From: an uncultured Marvinbryantia sp. | GTDB taxonomy: Bacteria > Bacillota > Clostridia > Lachnospirales > Lachnospiraceae | Assembly (NCBI GenBank): GCA_947631355.1 | Contig: CANRKY010000001.1 | Location: forward strand, 1,284-65,283 | DNA length: 64,000 bases | Direction: 5' to 3' | Part shown: in pieces, positions 19,070 through 28,670 of the stretch | Layout: every line of letters begins with the position of its first letter | Position numbering within the stretch: position 1 is the first letter of the stretch | Notes under the pieces: model-generated | What the model saw: the letters and a program-made list of their open reading frames with translations, nothing else | Database searches by the model: none | Told to the model about the DNA's origin: nothing | Made by a program: the position numbers and the translations under genes

Positions 19070-19978
19070 TTATGACAGCATCATCCGCACCTGTTCCACC
19101 GGGATCTCTAAAATCCCGGCGATCTCTTCCGCTTCCTTTCCCCGCGCGTGCAGTTTCAAAGCCTCTTTTGTCAAACGTATGCCATCTGTACGGCCCCGTG
19201 CCTCGCCCAACTCTATCCCTTCCGCACGGCCCAACTCACGTCCCCGCGCCTCGGCTTCCTCCGCCGCCTCTTCTCTCTGCACTGCTATATCCATATCGTA
19301 GTCGTATTCCGCCATCAGCATATTGACCACCTCACTGCCCTTTCGGCTCAGATAATCTGCAAGGATCCCTTCTGTTATGCACTGGCGCACGGATTTCTCC
19401 AGCGCCTTCTTATCCCCTTTGTACTTGCGCGTCTCCTCCACAAACCGGCTGTACTCCCCCATCACGCGGCAGTTTGCCAACAGCGGGTTGTTCTTATCCA
19501 AGTTAATGTTGATCACCTTCACGGTCAGCTCCAGTTTCGGTTCTTCCTCAGATGCCGGGAACGCGTCTGACAGGCGCAACTCCACCTCCGCCGGATAATC
19601 TCTTGCCCCGTTGTAAAAAGTGAAGAACTCCGGCCGCGGCACCTCAATGCGCCCACTCCGGTACCGATCTTTTACCGGGATAAGCTTCTCATACTCCCGC
19701 GCCACATACAACAGACTGCGCAGAGGCATGTTCGCATTCAGCGTACTCTGGTACTCCCCGAGAATGATCTGCCTTCCTTTCACCCGAAACGCGATGTCAT
19801 TCTTCATATTCCTGAAGAGCACATCCTCCAGACGTACCAGCTCGATCATCGACTCATCCGTATAGTCCGTGCCGTGTAGGGCATTGTACAGCGACAGTAA
19901 ATTTGCCTTTGCGTCCCGGTCGGAATAGAACAGGTCACAGAACAGGGAATCCTTGTATGTTCGGTTTTCTTTTGCCAT
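19070..19978 (-). CDS. Rpn-family (PD-(D/E)XK) recombination-promoting nuclease / putative transposase
   Basis: YKDSLFCDLF, KNDIAF, EYQST.N.NMPLR and P.PEF..FYNG motifs with a C-terminal EG/RG repeat tail; AAGGTGG RBS at the corrected start. Confidence 0.88.
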   Translation of the reverse strand: MAKENRTYKDSLFCDLFYSDRDAKANLLSLYNALHGTDYTDESMIELVRLEDVLFRNMKNDIAFRVKGRQIILGEYQSTLNANMPLRSLLYVAREYEKLIPVKDRYRSGRIEVPRPEFFTFYNGARDYPAEVELRLSDAFPASEEEPKLELTVKVININLDKNNPLLANCRVMGEYSRFVEETRKYKGDKKALEKSVRQCITEGILADYLSRKGSEVVNMLMAEYDYDMDIAVQREEAAEEAEARGRELGRAEGIELGEARGRTDGIRLTKEALKLHARGKEAEEIAGILEIPVEQVRMMLS

Positions 19979-20023
19979 TCTTTGCACCACCTTTTCCTCA
20001 ATGGCGCCTCCGAATGTACTATT

Positions 20024-20052
20024 ATTGTACACTGGGATGCGCCGTTTTACAA
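20024..20052 (-). promoter_or_regulatory. Sigma70/SigA-type promoter of rpn gene
   Basis: TTGTAA-17-TACAAT on the minus strand. Confidence 0.55.
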
Positions 20053-20330
20053 GCGGAAACCATAGCGTTCTTTCTCTTTCTCTCGTCATTTCTTTTTCTC
20101 GCTATAGTGTTCTCTCTTTCTCGCTTGTTTTTCTCTTATGCAAAGAAATTGTATCATAATCTTAATATGTTTGTAAATACATTAATTTATTAAATATTTT
20201 TAATCTTTAATATTTCTTTTCGTTTTAAATAATTATGTAAATCATATAAAATATATATTACATTAATGTATACAGACGGTTACCAGCGCAAAAGGTGGAA
20301 TGTGGAGGCGCCGGGAAATATTCATGCTTG

Positions 20331-20365
20331 AAAAAGAGGCTGCGCAATTGCGGCAGCCCCTTTTT
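20331..20365. terminator. Intrinsic terminator downstream of rpsA
   Basis: AAAAAGAGGCTGC...GCAGCCCCTTTTT hairpin with A/T tails on both sides. Confidence 0.7.
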
Positions 20366-20471
20366 CATGTATCCTTACTTTATGACTTCTTCTTTGTGAA
20401 TTTTGGAGATCCTTTTCAAACAATTTGTGCAAATCGATATCATAATAATATGCTAAAGTTTTTGTCGTTTT

Positions 20472-21620
20472 TTACAGTTTTATCTTTGACAGCAGGGCGC
20501 CCAGGTTCGTGGAAATGCTCTCCGACTGCGGCAGTTCTACGGTTTCTTCCCGCACTTCTTCCGCCGCCATGTCCTGCAGGGCTTTCATGCTCAGGCTCAG
20601 CTTTCCGTCTTTCACAGCGATCACTTTCACCTTTACGGTGTCGCCCACTTTCAGCACTGCCGCCGGGGTCTTGATGCGCTTCTCGCTGATCTGGGAAACG
20701 TGCACCATGCCGCTCACGCCGTTGCCCAGGTTGACAAACGCGCCATAGGGCTGGATGCTCTCCACCGTGCCCTCTGTCACAAAGCCCACCTGCACGTTGG
20801 AGATTCTTGTCTTTCGCTCCTCGCGCTCACGCTCCCGCAGAATATCTCTCGCGGAGAGCACCAGCTTTTTGTCCTCCTCGTCCACGGTGATCACCCGCAC
20901 TTCGATCTCTTTGCCCAGCCATTCGTCCAGATCTTCCACGTAGTTCAGGGACAGTTTGGAGGCCGGCACAAACCCGCGGATGCCTTCCACATAGACCACC
21001 ACGCCTGCTTTTACTACGCCTGCCACTTTTGTTTTGATGTTGGTTTTTTCTTCCATCATCATTTTAAGTTTGTCCCACGCCACCATGTCGTTTGCCTCTT
21101 TGCGGGACAGCATGATCTGGCCCTGGCCGCCGTCTCTTTTCACAACTGTGGCCGTAACTTCATCCCCGATGTGCACATCCTCTTTTACATTGAAGTTTGG
21201 ATCGTCCGTGAAGTCTTCCACGCGGATCACGCCCTCGGTGTAGTATTTCAGGTCTACCGTCACCTCGGTCTCTGAAACCCCGATCACCGTGCCCGTGAGC
21301 ACATCTCCCTCGTGGATCTTCTTCATAGAGGCGTTCAGCTCGTTCTCATAATCCGCCATGCTCTCTGTGTGCTCTACCGCTGCTTCCTGCGCCGGAACTT
21401 CCGCTGTCTCTGCCACCGGGGCTTCTGTTTCCTCTGTTGCCGGGGCTTCTGTCGCTTCTTCCTGCGCTGAAACTTCTGCTGCCTCTGCCGCCGGAGCTTC
21501 TGCCGCTTCTTCCTGCGCCGGAACTTCCGCTGTCTCTGCCACCGGAGCCTCTGCAGCCGCTGCCTCCACCGGAGCTTCTGCTGCCTCATTTTGCATTACA
21601 TTTTCTTTCATTTCTTCCAT
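20472..21620 (-). CDS. rpsA: Ribosomal protein S1-like protein (3 S1 domains, acidic Ala/Glu-rich N-terminal repeats)
   Basis: Repeated S1 motifs (GDVLTGTV, RGFVPAS, YGAFV..GMVHVSQIS); AGGAGG RBS. Confidence 0.85.
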   Translation of the reverse strand: MEEMKENVMQNEAAEAPVEAAAAEAPVAETAEVPAQEEAAEAPAAEAAEVSAQEEATEAPATEETEAPVAETAEVPAQEAAVEHTESMADYENELNASMKKIHEGDVLTGTVIGVSETEVTVDLKYYTEGVIRVEDFTDDPNFNVKEDVHIGDEVTATVVKRDGGQGQIMLSRKEANDMVAWDKLKMMMEEKTNIKTKVAGVVKAGVVVYVEGIRGFVPASKLSLNYVEDLDEWLGKEIEVRVITVDEEDKKLVLSARDILREREREERKTRISNVQVGFVTEGTVESIQPYGAFVNLGNGVSGMVHVSQISEKRIKTPAAVLKVGDTVKVKVIAVKDGKLSLSMKALQDMAAEEVREETVELPQSESISTNLGALLSKIKL

Positions 21621-21658
21621 TCCCAAAACCCTCCTAAAAAAAATCTTTTCTGATTCCT

Positions 21659-21687
21659 ATTCTGATAGATTTCCCAAAATATGTCAA
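21659..21687 (-). promoter_or_regulatory. SigA-type promoter of rpsA
   Basis: TTGACA-17-CAGAAT. Confidence 0.55.
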
Positions 21688-21726
21688 GCAGGAGATTTCC
21701 CGGATCTGCACAAAATCTGCGCCAGC

Positions 21727-24252
21727 TTACGCCAGATAGAAGGTTCGTATCATCTTCAGGAAATCTTCCACCTCCTGTATGGTCTGCGCGTACTGTTCTT
21801 TTTTCGCCCCCAGTTTCTGAAAATGTTCCAGCGATTTTTCACAGTACGCTTTTACGTACTTGTACAGGGCGTTGCTTTCCCCGAAGGGGCTGGCCAGCTT
21901 GCTCCACTGCCCCGCCATCTGGTAATAATACTGCGCTTTATATTCCTCCAGGTCGATGTCCAGCCTCTCTGCGTTCGCAGACACAACGGCCATCAGCTTT
22001 TCCTCATACTTTTCCGCCAGATCCTGCCGCTTGAGGTTCACCATGCTCACGCAGGTATCCGAGAGCATCTTGATCGCAAGGGGTTCGCAGTCTCCCGGGG
22101 CGCACTCCAGCAGCGCCTCCATTCTCTTCACCGCCTTTTCGTGCATTTCCAGGCACGCTTCCGCCTGCCCGGCCAGCCTGCTGGTGCACGCCAGATTGTG
22201 CAGCACCGTGATGATGGCCGTCTCGTGCGCGTCCTTCGTTTCCGTCCCTTCGGCGCTCTCCATTGCCTCCAGAGATTTTCGCAGCCACGCCGCCGCATCC
22301 TTGTAATTTCCCTTTTTCTGGTTCGCCAGGCCATACGCATTATACAGATTCGGCATCATATTCATCGTGTCCGCAAACTCCAGCACCTTTGTGCTTTCCG
22401 CCACGGCAGCAGCCTCATCCAGCAGCTTCAGCGCCGCATCGGGTTCGCCGCCATTGATGTGCGCATTTGCCATGTTCAGATAAGAGATGATCAATTCCTT
22501 TGCCCAGGCCGCCGGATTATTCTGAAATCCCTTTTTGCGGATAGCCAGCGCTTTCTGGTAAAATTCTTTTGCCTTCCCGTAATCTCCCCACTGCTCGTAC
22601 ATATAGCCCATGTTATTGTACAATGCGTCTTTTTCTTCCTGTGACAGGTTCGTCTGTTCCGCTTTCTCGTACATTTCTATGGCCCGCCCGTTCTCTCCGA
22701 TGGAGGTGTAGACGCCGCCCAGATTCACATAGATCTCTCCGGGTATCTCCATCTGCCGTGCCTCTGCCAGCGAAATGTACGCCTCCAGACCTTTCCTTGC
22801 CCTCTGAAAATCCTGCTGATCAAAGGAAATGACTGCGAGTGACTGCAGCGCCGCAAGCCTGATATACGCCACATCCGTCTCCTCCGCCTGCTCCGTCTCC
22901 TCTGCCTGCTCCGTCATTCTCAGAACGCCCTCCAGTATCCGGCAGGCTTCTTCCGTGTCCCCGCAGGCATACAGCCATTCTGCCTTTATGATCTGGTAAA
23001 TCGCGCTGTCCTGTTTGTTCAGCGCTCTCTCCCAGCCCGTCAGCCGCTCGAGCAGCTCCTTCAGCTGCCTGGAGCGCCCCTGTCTTCTCAGGAACTCCGC
23101 ATAATCCTCCACCAGCTTCGTGTCAATATTGCGGCGCAGCACACAGGTCATTCCCTCCTCGTACAGGCTGATGATATAATCTTCCCGCTCCCGGTCCGGC
23201 ACCTCCATGCTTATCGCCTTTAATGGGATCCTAAAGTCTCGGTTTGGCTCGCCGGGTTCTTTGTCCGTCACTTTGGTACACAGTACCTTCACTTTCATCA
23301 TGAGCTCATTTAAGTACGCCTGATATTCCCGGTCCATCGCGTCAGCGACCGCGTCCAGGCGCTGCCGCTCCTGCTGCCTGTCCAGATCGTTCAGCATCAA
23401 AAGCGCCTCGTCATTCTTTCCCTCCTCAAAAAGCCGGATCGCGTCTTTTGTCCTCTGGGTGAGGCACGCCCCATCCGCCGTAATCTCCACGATCCGGGAC
23501 GCCGTTTCCAGAAGTCCCTTTTCCACGGCAGCCAGCTGCGTCTCCAATTTCGCCTTCTGATCTCCCAGCTTCAGCACCCGGTCAAATTCTTCCCCGGCGA
23601 AATCCCGCCCGGCCAGGTTTTTCCGCGCATCGGCAAGCTGTCTCTCCACCTCATCTATCTCCTTTCGAAGTTCCCGCACATCCTTGTTGTTGGCGTAAAA
23701 CGGAGTCTTCTCCATATCCAGCGGAAGCTCCGCCTGATCCGCGAACAGCCTGCCGTCCCGGATATCCAGATGGACGGTCTCTTTGCTGTCCCGCGCCAGT
23801 TCCAGCAGGATGTTCAGCTTCACCGTGTCTATGCTGCGGAACATACTGTAATAATGGCTCAGCTCATGATCCAGATAGGCCATAAACTTTTTCACGCTCT
23901 CTGACAGATCTTCTTCCCCCACCTGCTTAAAATACGTGATGATCCTGGGGCTGCCCTTTTTTTGGCAGGCGCGCCGGGCCACCTCAAATTCCTCCAGCGT
24001 GTAGTCCCCCGTGTTTTTATAAAAGAGCACGTAAAACAGCTGCGCGTCCTCTATTTTTTGATTATATTCGTCCTGCTTGCGCGTCATGGACATGGCCTTT
24101 GACTCATCCTCGCATTTGTCCAGATAAAAATACAGGCCGCGGCTCACATAAATGTCGTTCAGGGCACGTATAAAATCCCCCAGTTCCGTCCTTTCCCTTT
24201 CAAACTCATCGATGGATGAGGCCAAAAAAATATGTATCTCTTTCACTTGCAA
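21727..24252 (-). CDS. TIR/DUF4062-like N-terminal domain, coiled coil and C-terminal TPR array
   Basis: IFLASSIDEFERER...QDEYN...YTLEEFEVA; TPR-like helices (ALYNNMGYMY...YQKALAIR, YNAYGL.NQKKGNY). Confidence 0.7.
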   Translation of the reverse strand: MQVKEIHIFLASSIDEFERERTELGDFIRALNDIYVSRGLYFYLDKCEDESKAMSMTRKQDEYNQKIEDAQLFYVLFYKNTGDYTLEEFEVARRACQKKGSPRIITYFKQVGEEDLSESVKKFMAYLDHELSHYYSMFRSIDTVKLNILLELARDSKETVHLDIRDGRLFADQAELPLDMEKTPFYANNKDVRELRKEIDEVERQLADARKNLAGRDFAGEEFDRVLKLGDQKAKLETQLAAVEKGLLETASRIVEITADGACLTQRTKDAIRLFEEGKNDEALLMLNDLDRQQERQRLDAVADAMDREYQAYLNELMMKVKVLCTKVTDKEPGEPNRDFRIPLKAISMEVPDREREDYIISLYEEGMTCVLRRNIDTKLVEDYAEFLRRQGRSRQLKELLERLTGWERALNKQDSAIYQIIKAEWLYACGDTEEACRILEGVLRMTEQAEETEQAEETDVAYIRLAALQSLAVISFDQQDFQRARKGLEAYISLAEARQMEIPGEIYVNLGGVYTSIGENGRAIEMYEKAEQTNLSQEEKDALYNNMGYMYEQWGDYGKAKEFYQKALAIRKKGFQNNPAAWAKELIISYLNMANAHINGGEPDAALKLLDEAAAVAESTKVLEFADTMNMMPNLYNAYGLANQKKGNYKDAAAWLRKSLEAMESAEGTETKDAHETAIITVLHNLACTSRLAGQAEACLEMHEKAVKRMEALLECAPGDCEPLAIKMLSDTCVSMVNLKRQDLAEKYEEKLMAVVSANAERLDIDLEEYKAQYYYQMAGQWSKLASPFGESNALYKYVKAYCEKSLEHFQKLGAKKEQYAQTIQEVEDFLKMIRTFYLA

Positions 24253-24273
24253 ACACCTCCGCTTTTCTTGTCT

Positions 24274-26175
24274 CTACAAAATGTCACGCCGCAGCGAGAT
24301 CAGATATTTTTTCATAAATTCTTCCGCGGCCGCCGTGATCTCCCGGCAGTCGTCCGGGTTCTTCAGATCATAGCGCAGATAATATTCCGGATTGTCAAAA
24401 TAGAACGTCAGGATATCTTTGTTCAGGCCGTGCGGATTCTGCTGCCGGTTGATCTGCTCCGCCTCCTGCCGGGACGGATGGCTGAACAGAAGCGGGTCTC
24501 TGGATTCTGTCTGTTCCCGCACATCCTGCCCCTCCTTCAGCTGGATGCGCAGGCCGTCCGCGTACACCACCCGGATGTTTTTCTTCAGTGCAAAGGCCAG
24601 GGCGTCCCCCAGATCCTGGATGATCGGTTCGCCCTTGTCATTCAGGGAAGTATTGCAGATCATCGGCACGCCGGTCTTTTGATAAAATGCCTGGATGGCA
24701 TCGTAAAGCAGCTCATTGTCCCCGCGGGCAAGCGTCTGCACTCTGGCCGTCCCATCCAGATGCAAAACGGCGGGCGCCTTCTCTTTCCATTCTTCCTTTA
24801 CCTGAAACGCTTCCAACATAAACGGCGATCTTCGCCCTTGCACGAATATCCGTCCACTATATTCTTCCAGAACAATGGGCGCCACGGGCCGCCACCACTG
24901 CCGCCCTTTCACACGGTTCAGCCGGTCTTTCACCGCGCGGGACATGGGATTTCCAAGGATGGAGCGATGCCCCAGGGCGCGGGGTCCCATCTCCGCCCTC
25001 CCCTGTATCCACACCACAATGTCTTTTTGCAGATCATCCGCAATGGTCTCCGGTGAAGCCCGCTCAATCTTCTCGATAAAGGGCTCCATGGCCTTTGCAC
25101 ATTCCGCGGACAGCTCCCGGAACGGGTTCCCATAAAACGCATGGCCGATCGCAATTCGCGGGATCTTCCCCATCTTTTTATAAAACGCGTAGAGGCCGAT
25201 CCCCAGGGCTTCCCCGCAGTCGTTGGTGCAGGGCGGCACGACCATCCGCTTAAATCCATACCGATCCATGAGATAGGTATTGGTGGGGCAGTTCAGGCAA
25301 AATCCCCCGGCAAGGCCCAGCACGGTCTTCCCGCAGTCTATCCCGAATTTCGCGATCGCCGCGTCCACCTGAGATGTCAGGATCTTTCTTGAAGTGCGGT
25401 CTACCTGCTTCATAAACGCGCTGATATGGTTTTCCTCCCAGCCGAACCGGTCGTCCTCGCTGAATCCCCAGCGCTGTATATGCTTTTCCAGCCGATCCAG
25501 ATAAGCGAGGGCATGATCCAGCGCACCCTCATCGGACAGATCGGGCTCCTCGTCGAAATCCATCGGGCAGGCCGCCGAAGATGCGCTTGCCAGCGCCATC
25601 AGACTGCCCTCCCTCATTCCAAACCGCTTCTTGGAATTGGACCATATCTTTCCGGGAGACTGGATGGGAAACACCGTGATCTTTCCCCCGGAGACATAAG
25701 CCCCCGCATAATATTTTTTGTGATAGCCGTCCAGCTGCACCAGGTTGTCCGGGCCGCTGTCCAGAGCCAGAACCAGCATGTCCTCCTCCATGGCCGCCCT
25801 GCTGTCAAACAGCATCGCCGCAAAGAGATGGCAGATACTGTGATACGCCAGATCCGGCCAGCAGTCCGAGCTGTCGTAATCGCGCCCGGTATCGATCTGC
25901 GGCGTCCCCCAGATCTCCACAATATCCTCCAGGGACAGGCCCACAGTTTTTAAAAGAGCGCGCAGCACCGCGTGCACCTGTTCCGTATTTTGAAAAGTGT
26001 AGGTGTGCTGCTTCCAGCCGGAAAAGCGCTCCAGTTCCCAGTATGCGGTCAGCGCCACGCTGTCCCCCTGCTTTTTCCACAGGGCGACCGTCTGGTCATG
26101 GCGCAGCTTAATGTCCAGCGCCGCCTGCAGCTCCCCGATGGCAAGAAAGGAAGATATATAATAGCCGTCCCTCAT
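24274..26175 (-). CDS. NodU/CmcH-family O-carbamoyltransferase
   Basis: AGGFCLNC, NDCGEALG, QGRAEMGPRALGHRSIL, RQWWRPVAP, DGTARVQT and NTSLN motifs; GGAGGTG RBS before ATG 26175. Confidence 0.92.
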   Translation of the reverse strand: MRDGYYISSFLAIGELQAALDIKLRHDQTVALWKKQGDSVALTAYWELERFSGWKQHTYTFQNTEQVHAVLRALLKTVGLSLEDIVEIWGTPQIDTGRDYDSSDCWPDLAYHSICHLFAAMLFDSRAAMEEDMLVLALDSGPDNLVQLDGYHKKYYAGAYVSGGKITVFPIQSPGKIWSNSKKRFGMREGSLMALASASSAACPMDFDEEPDLSDEGALDHALAYLDRLEKHIQRWGFSEDDRFGWEENHISAFMKQVDRTSRKILTSQVDAAIAKFGIDCGKTVLGLAGGFCLNCPTNTYLMDRYGFKRMVVPPCTNDCGEALGIGLYAFYKKMGKIPRIAIGHAFYGNPFRELSAECAKAMEPFIEKIERASPETIADDLQKDIVVWIQGRAEMGPRALGHRSILGNPMSRAVKDRLNRVKGRQWWRPVAPIVLEEYSGRIFVQGRRSPFMLEAFQVKEEWKEKAPAVLHLDGTARVQTLARGDNELLYDAIQAFYQKTGVPMICNTSLNDKGEPIIQDLGDALAFALKKNIRVVYADGLRIQLKEGQDVREQTESRDPLLFSHPSRQEAEQINRQQNPHGLNKDILTFYFDNPEYYLRYDLKNPDDCREITAAAEEFMKKYLISLRRDIL

Positions 26176-26176
26176 T

Positions 26177-27751
26177 TTATGCACCTCCCGGCATTTTATT
26201 TCTTGGAAAACAGTATTTCGGATTTACCAGCGCCTGAATTTCCTTTAGCTTTTCCGTGTATTCTGCAATGATCTCCCCGATCGCCCGTCCCCTGTCCGGG
26301 TCGATCCCGCAGCCGTCCTCCACGCAGGAACACAGGCGGGCAAACAATTCCAGGCTGATCCGCGACAGCTGCTCCAGCGGCTGTTTGGCTCCCGCGGCGT
26401 CCCACTGGCTCCAGGTTTTCAGGTCTTTATAGCAGTACCATATCTCCAGCAGGAACGGCATATGATATTTCTGCAGATACGGCCAGACTTCGGAAATGTT
26501 TTCCGCCTCCCGGTGCGCGAAGCGGTAATCATAATAGCCCCGCTCGTTCAGGTCTCCCAGAAGCTGTTTCTTTTCCGCAATGCGCACGCTGGGCGTGCCC
26601 GGGATCAGATCCAGGCGGTGGAACAGTTTGTCAAACTGAATATCCCCCACTTTTTTCAGGAACTCGATATTGCAGCGGATATCTTCCATGCTCGACCAGG
26701 GGGTGAGCATCATGAATCCGTACACAAAATCAATGCCCCATTTTCTCAGGCGCCGGGCCGCTTCCACGGAATCCTCCGGAGCTATCTTTTTATTCATGGT
26801 TTTCAAAATGTAGGGGCTTCCACTCTCAAACCCCAGGTAGATTTCCACGAACCCCGCTTCCTTCAGCGCCCGGAATACGTGCGCGTTTTTCTCCGACACG
26901 GTAACGGAGCGGGTCTCAATGTAAAAGCGGTACCCCTCGATACGATTCTCTTTCAGAAGGCGGCAGAACTCCAGCGCGCGCTCCAGCCCCTGGGGATCGG
27001 ATCCCAGAAAATCCGGATCCACGAAGCGGATACGCCTGGGCTTCGGATAAACTTTCCGGATCTCTTTTATCTCGTCGATGAGCGACTGCGCGCTCCTCCC
27101 TCTCCAGTGAATATGCGCCGCATTTTTAAAAAACGGTTTCACCGCGCAGAACGTGCAGTTATTCATGCAGCCTCGTCCGCCCTCGATCAGGATCTCAAAA
27201 TTTTCATCCGCAAATTCCTGGGCGTACCTCACGGGAAACGGCAGCGCATCCAGATCCGAGATCAGCTCTCTCTGCGGATTTTTGCGGACAGTGTCTCCCT
27301 CCCGGTAAACGATCCCCCGCACATTTTCCAGCCCGCTCTGCGCGTCCAGTGCCCGCAGAAGCTCCAGGATAGTGACCTCGCCCTCCCCGCGCATCACGCC
27401 GTCCAATTCCGGCAGCAGCTCCAGCATGTGTTCCGGCAGCAGGCTCGGGCAGTATCCGCCCAGAAATACGCGCACATCGGGCCGCGCCAGTTTACAGATA
27501 TGCACGGCCTCGCGCACCCATGGGAACGCCTCGAACGAGAACATGGAAATCCCCACACAGTGATACTCCGCCGCGCGTCCGGCGGCCTGCTGCGGGCTCA
27601 GGTCGTACAGTCTGGCGTCCGCGATATCACAGGCATAGCCGTTGGCATCCAGAACCGCTTTCAGCACGGCGATTCCCAGACTCTCCGCCATCACCCGCGC
27701 AGACCGGTAAGTCCCCAGATTATTCGCATTGATCAATAACATATCCCTCAT
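26177..27751 (-). CDS. B12-binding-domain radical SAM enzyme
   Basis: N-terminal cobalamin-binding domain (VGISM, FLGGY.PS, RGEGE); GRGCMNNCTFC, FVDPDF and GFESGS motifs. Confidence 0.9.
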   Translation of the reverse strand: MRDMLLINANNLGTYRSARVMAESLGIAVLKAVLDANGYACDIADARLYDLSPQQAAGRAAEYHCVGISMFSFEAFPWVREAVHICKLARPDVRVFLGGYCPSLLPEHMLELLPELDGVMRGEGEVTILELLRALDAQSGLENVRGIVYREGDTVRKNPQRELISDLDALPFPVRYAQEFADENFEILIEGGRGCMNNCTFCAVKPFFKNAAHIHWRGRSAQSLIDEIKEIRKVYPKPRRIRFVDPDFLGSDPQGLERALEFCRLLKENRIEGYRFYIETRSVTVSEKNAHVFRALKEAGFVEIYLGFESGSPYILKTMNKKIAPEDSVEAARRLRKWGIDFVYGFMMLTPWSSMEDIRCNIEFLKKVGDIQFDKLFHRLDLIPGTPSVRIAEKKQLLGDLNERGYYDYRFAHREAENISEVWPYLQKYHMPFLLEIWYCYKDLKTWSQWDAAGAKQPLEQLSRISLELFARLCSCVEDGCGIDPDRGRAIGEIIAEYTEKLKEIQALVNPKYCFPRNKMPGGA

Positions 27752-27757
27752 AATCTC

Positions 27758-28636
27758 TTAACGCTCCTCCATAAAAAAGTGCAGATGTTTTTCTCTGGAA
27801 ACGCACGCGAACCCTTCCGCCTCCAAAATTTTTTTCTCCAGCTGCGCGGGATTTTTCACACGCCACACCAGTTTCTTTTTCCCCTGAGCGCGATATGCCA
27901 GCGCCCGCATGAACCGGGCCATTGCCTGCCCGTCCACATCTCTGCCCGGGGCAATCTTGATCTCCAGCACATCCCCGGCGTAGGGCAGGATTGCCGCGGC
28001 CGCGCGCGCAAGCCCCGCACGGTCTGTCAGGGCCCACACTTCGGTGACCGGCAGGGCGCTCTGCGCAAATTTCAGATAGCGCTCAGGCCACGCTTCAATA
28101 GCACACTTCTGCCTGTCCAGGCACGGAAGATCCCCCGGCGCCGCCTTTCGGATGCGCTCCTGCTCCGGCATTGGCTTTACTTCGTACAGGTTCCACTCGT
28201 GAACCGCCCGGGGAACCGCTCCTCGCAGCTCTTTCGCGAGATACGCTCTCTCCCGCTCCCGCACGGTGATAACTTCCATCCGTCTCTTTGCTCCTTTGCA
28301 GGCGCGGAAAAGTTCCCGGAACGCCTCCTCGTTTTCGCACACTGGGATCACATACCGCTCATAATCCAGCGCTTCGGAAAATTCCGGCAGGGACAGCGCT
28401 ATTGCCGCGCCCTGCAGCTTTCCCTGCGCATCCATGGACAAAAATCTTCGGATATATTTCTCCGGCCGCACAGCCGTGTCCACAATTCCCTGTAAGTCAT
28501 AGCGCAGCATGCGGACGGTATTTTCCGGGCCGATCCCCATGTAGTCAGACCATATGTGAAAATCTCCCGGAAGCTCACGTGTTAAATAATCCCATCCCAA
28601 ATAATACGCTCTCTCATCCTTTATTTCTCTCAGCAT
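27758..28636 (-). CDS. Hypothetical protein, possibly tandem GNAT-like fold
   Basis: 292 aa in the operon with a weak GNAT-like ending (KKILEAEGF); function unverified. Confidence 0.4.
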   Translation of the reverse strand: MLREIKDERAYYLGWDYLTRELPGDFHIWSDYMGIGPENTVRMLRYDLQGIVDTAVRPEKYIRRFLSMDAQGKLQGAAIALSLPEFSEALDYERYVIPVCENEEAFRELFRACKGAKRRMEVITVRERERAYLAKELRGAVPRAVHEWNLYEVKPMPEQERIRKAAPGDLPCLDRQKCAIEAWPERYLKFAQSALPVTEVWALTDRAGLARAAAAILPYAGDVLEIKIAPGRDVDGQAMARFMRALAYRAQGKKKLVWRVKNPAQLEKKILEAEGFACVSREKHLHFFMEER

Positions 28637-28670
28637 GATCTTCCCCTGAAATCCCGCGTCCAGCGAACGC

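Noticed and set aside
20100-20290. Very AT-rich patch as a replication origin
   Set aside because: No DnaA-box cluster or rep gene; more likely an upstream region of the Rpn insertion.
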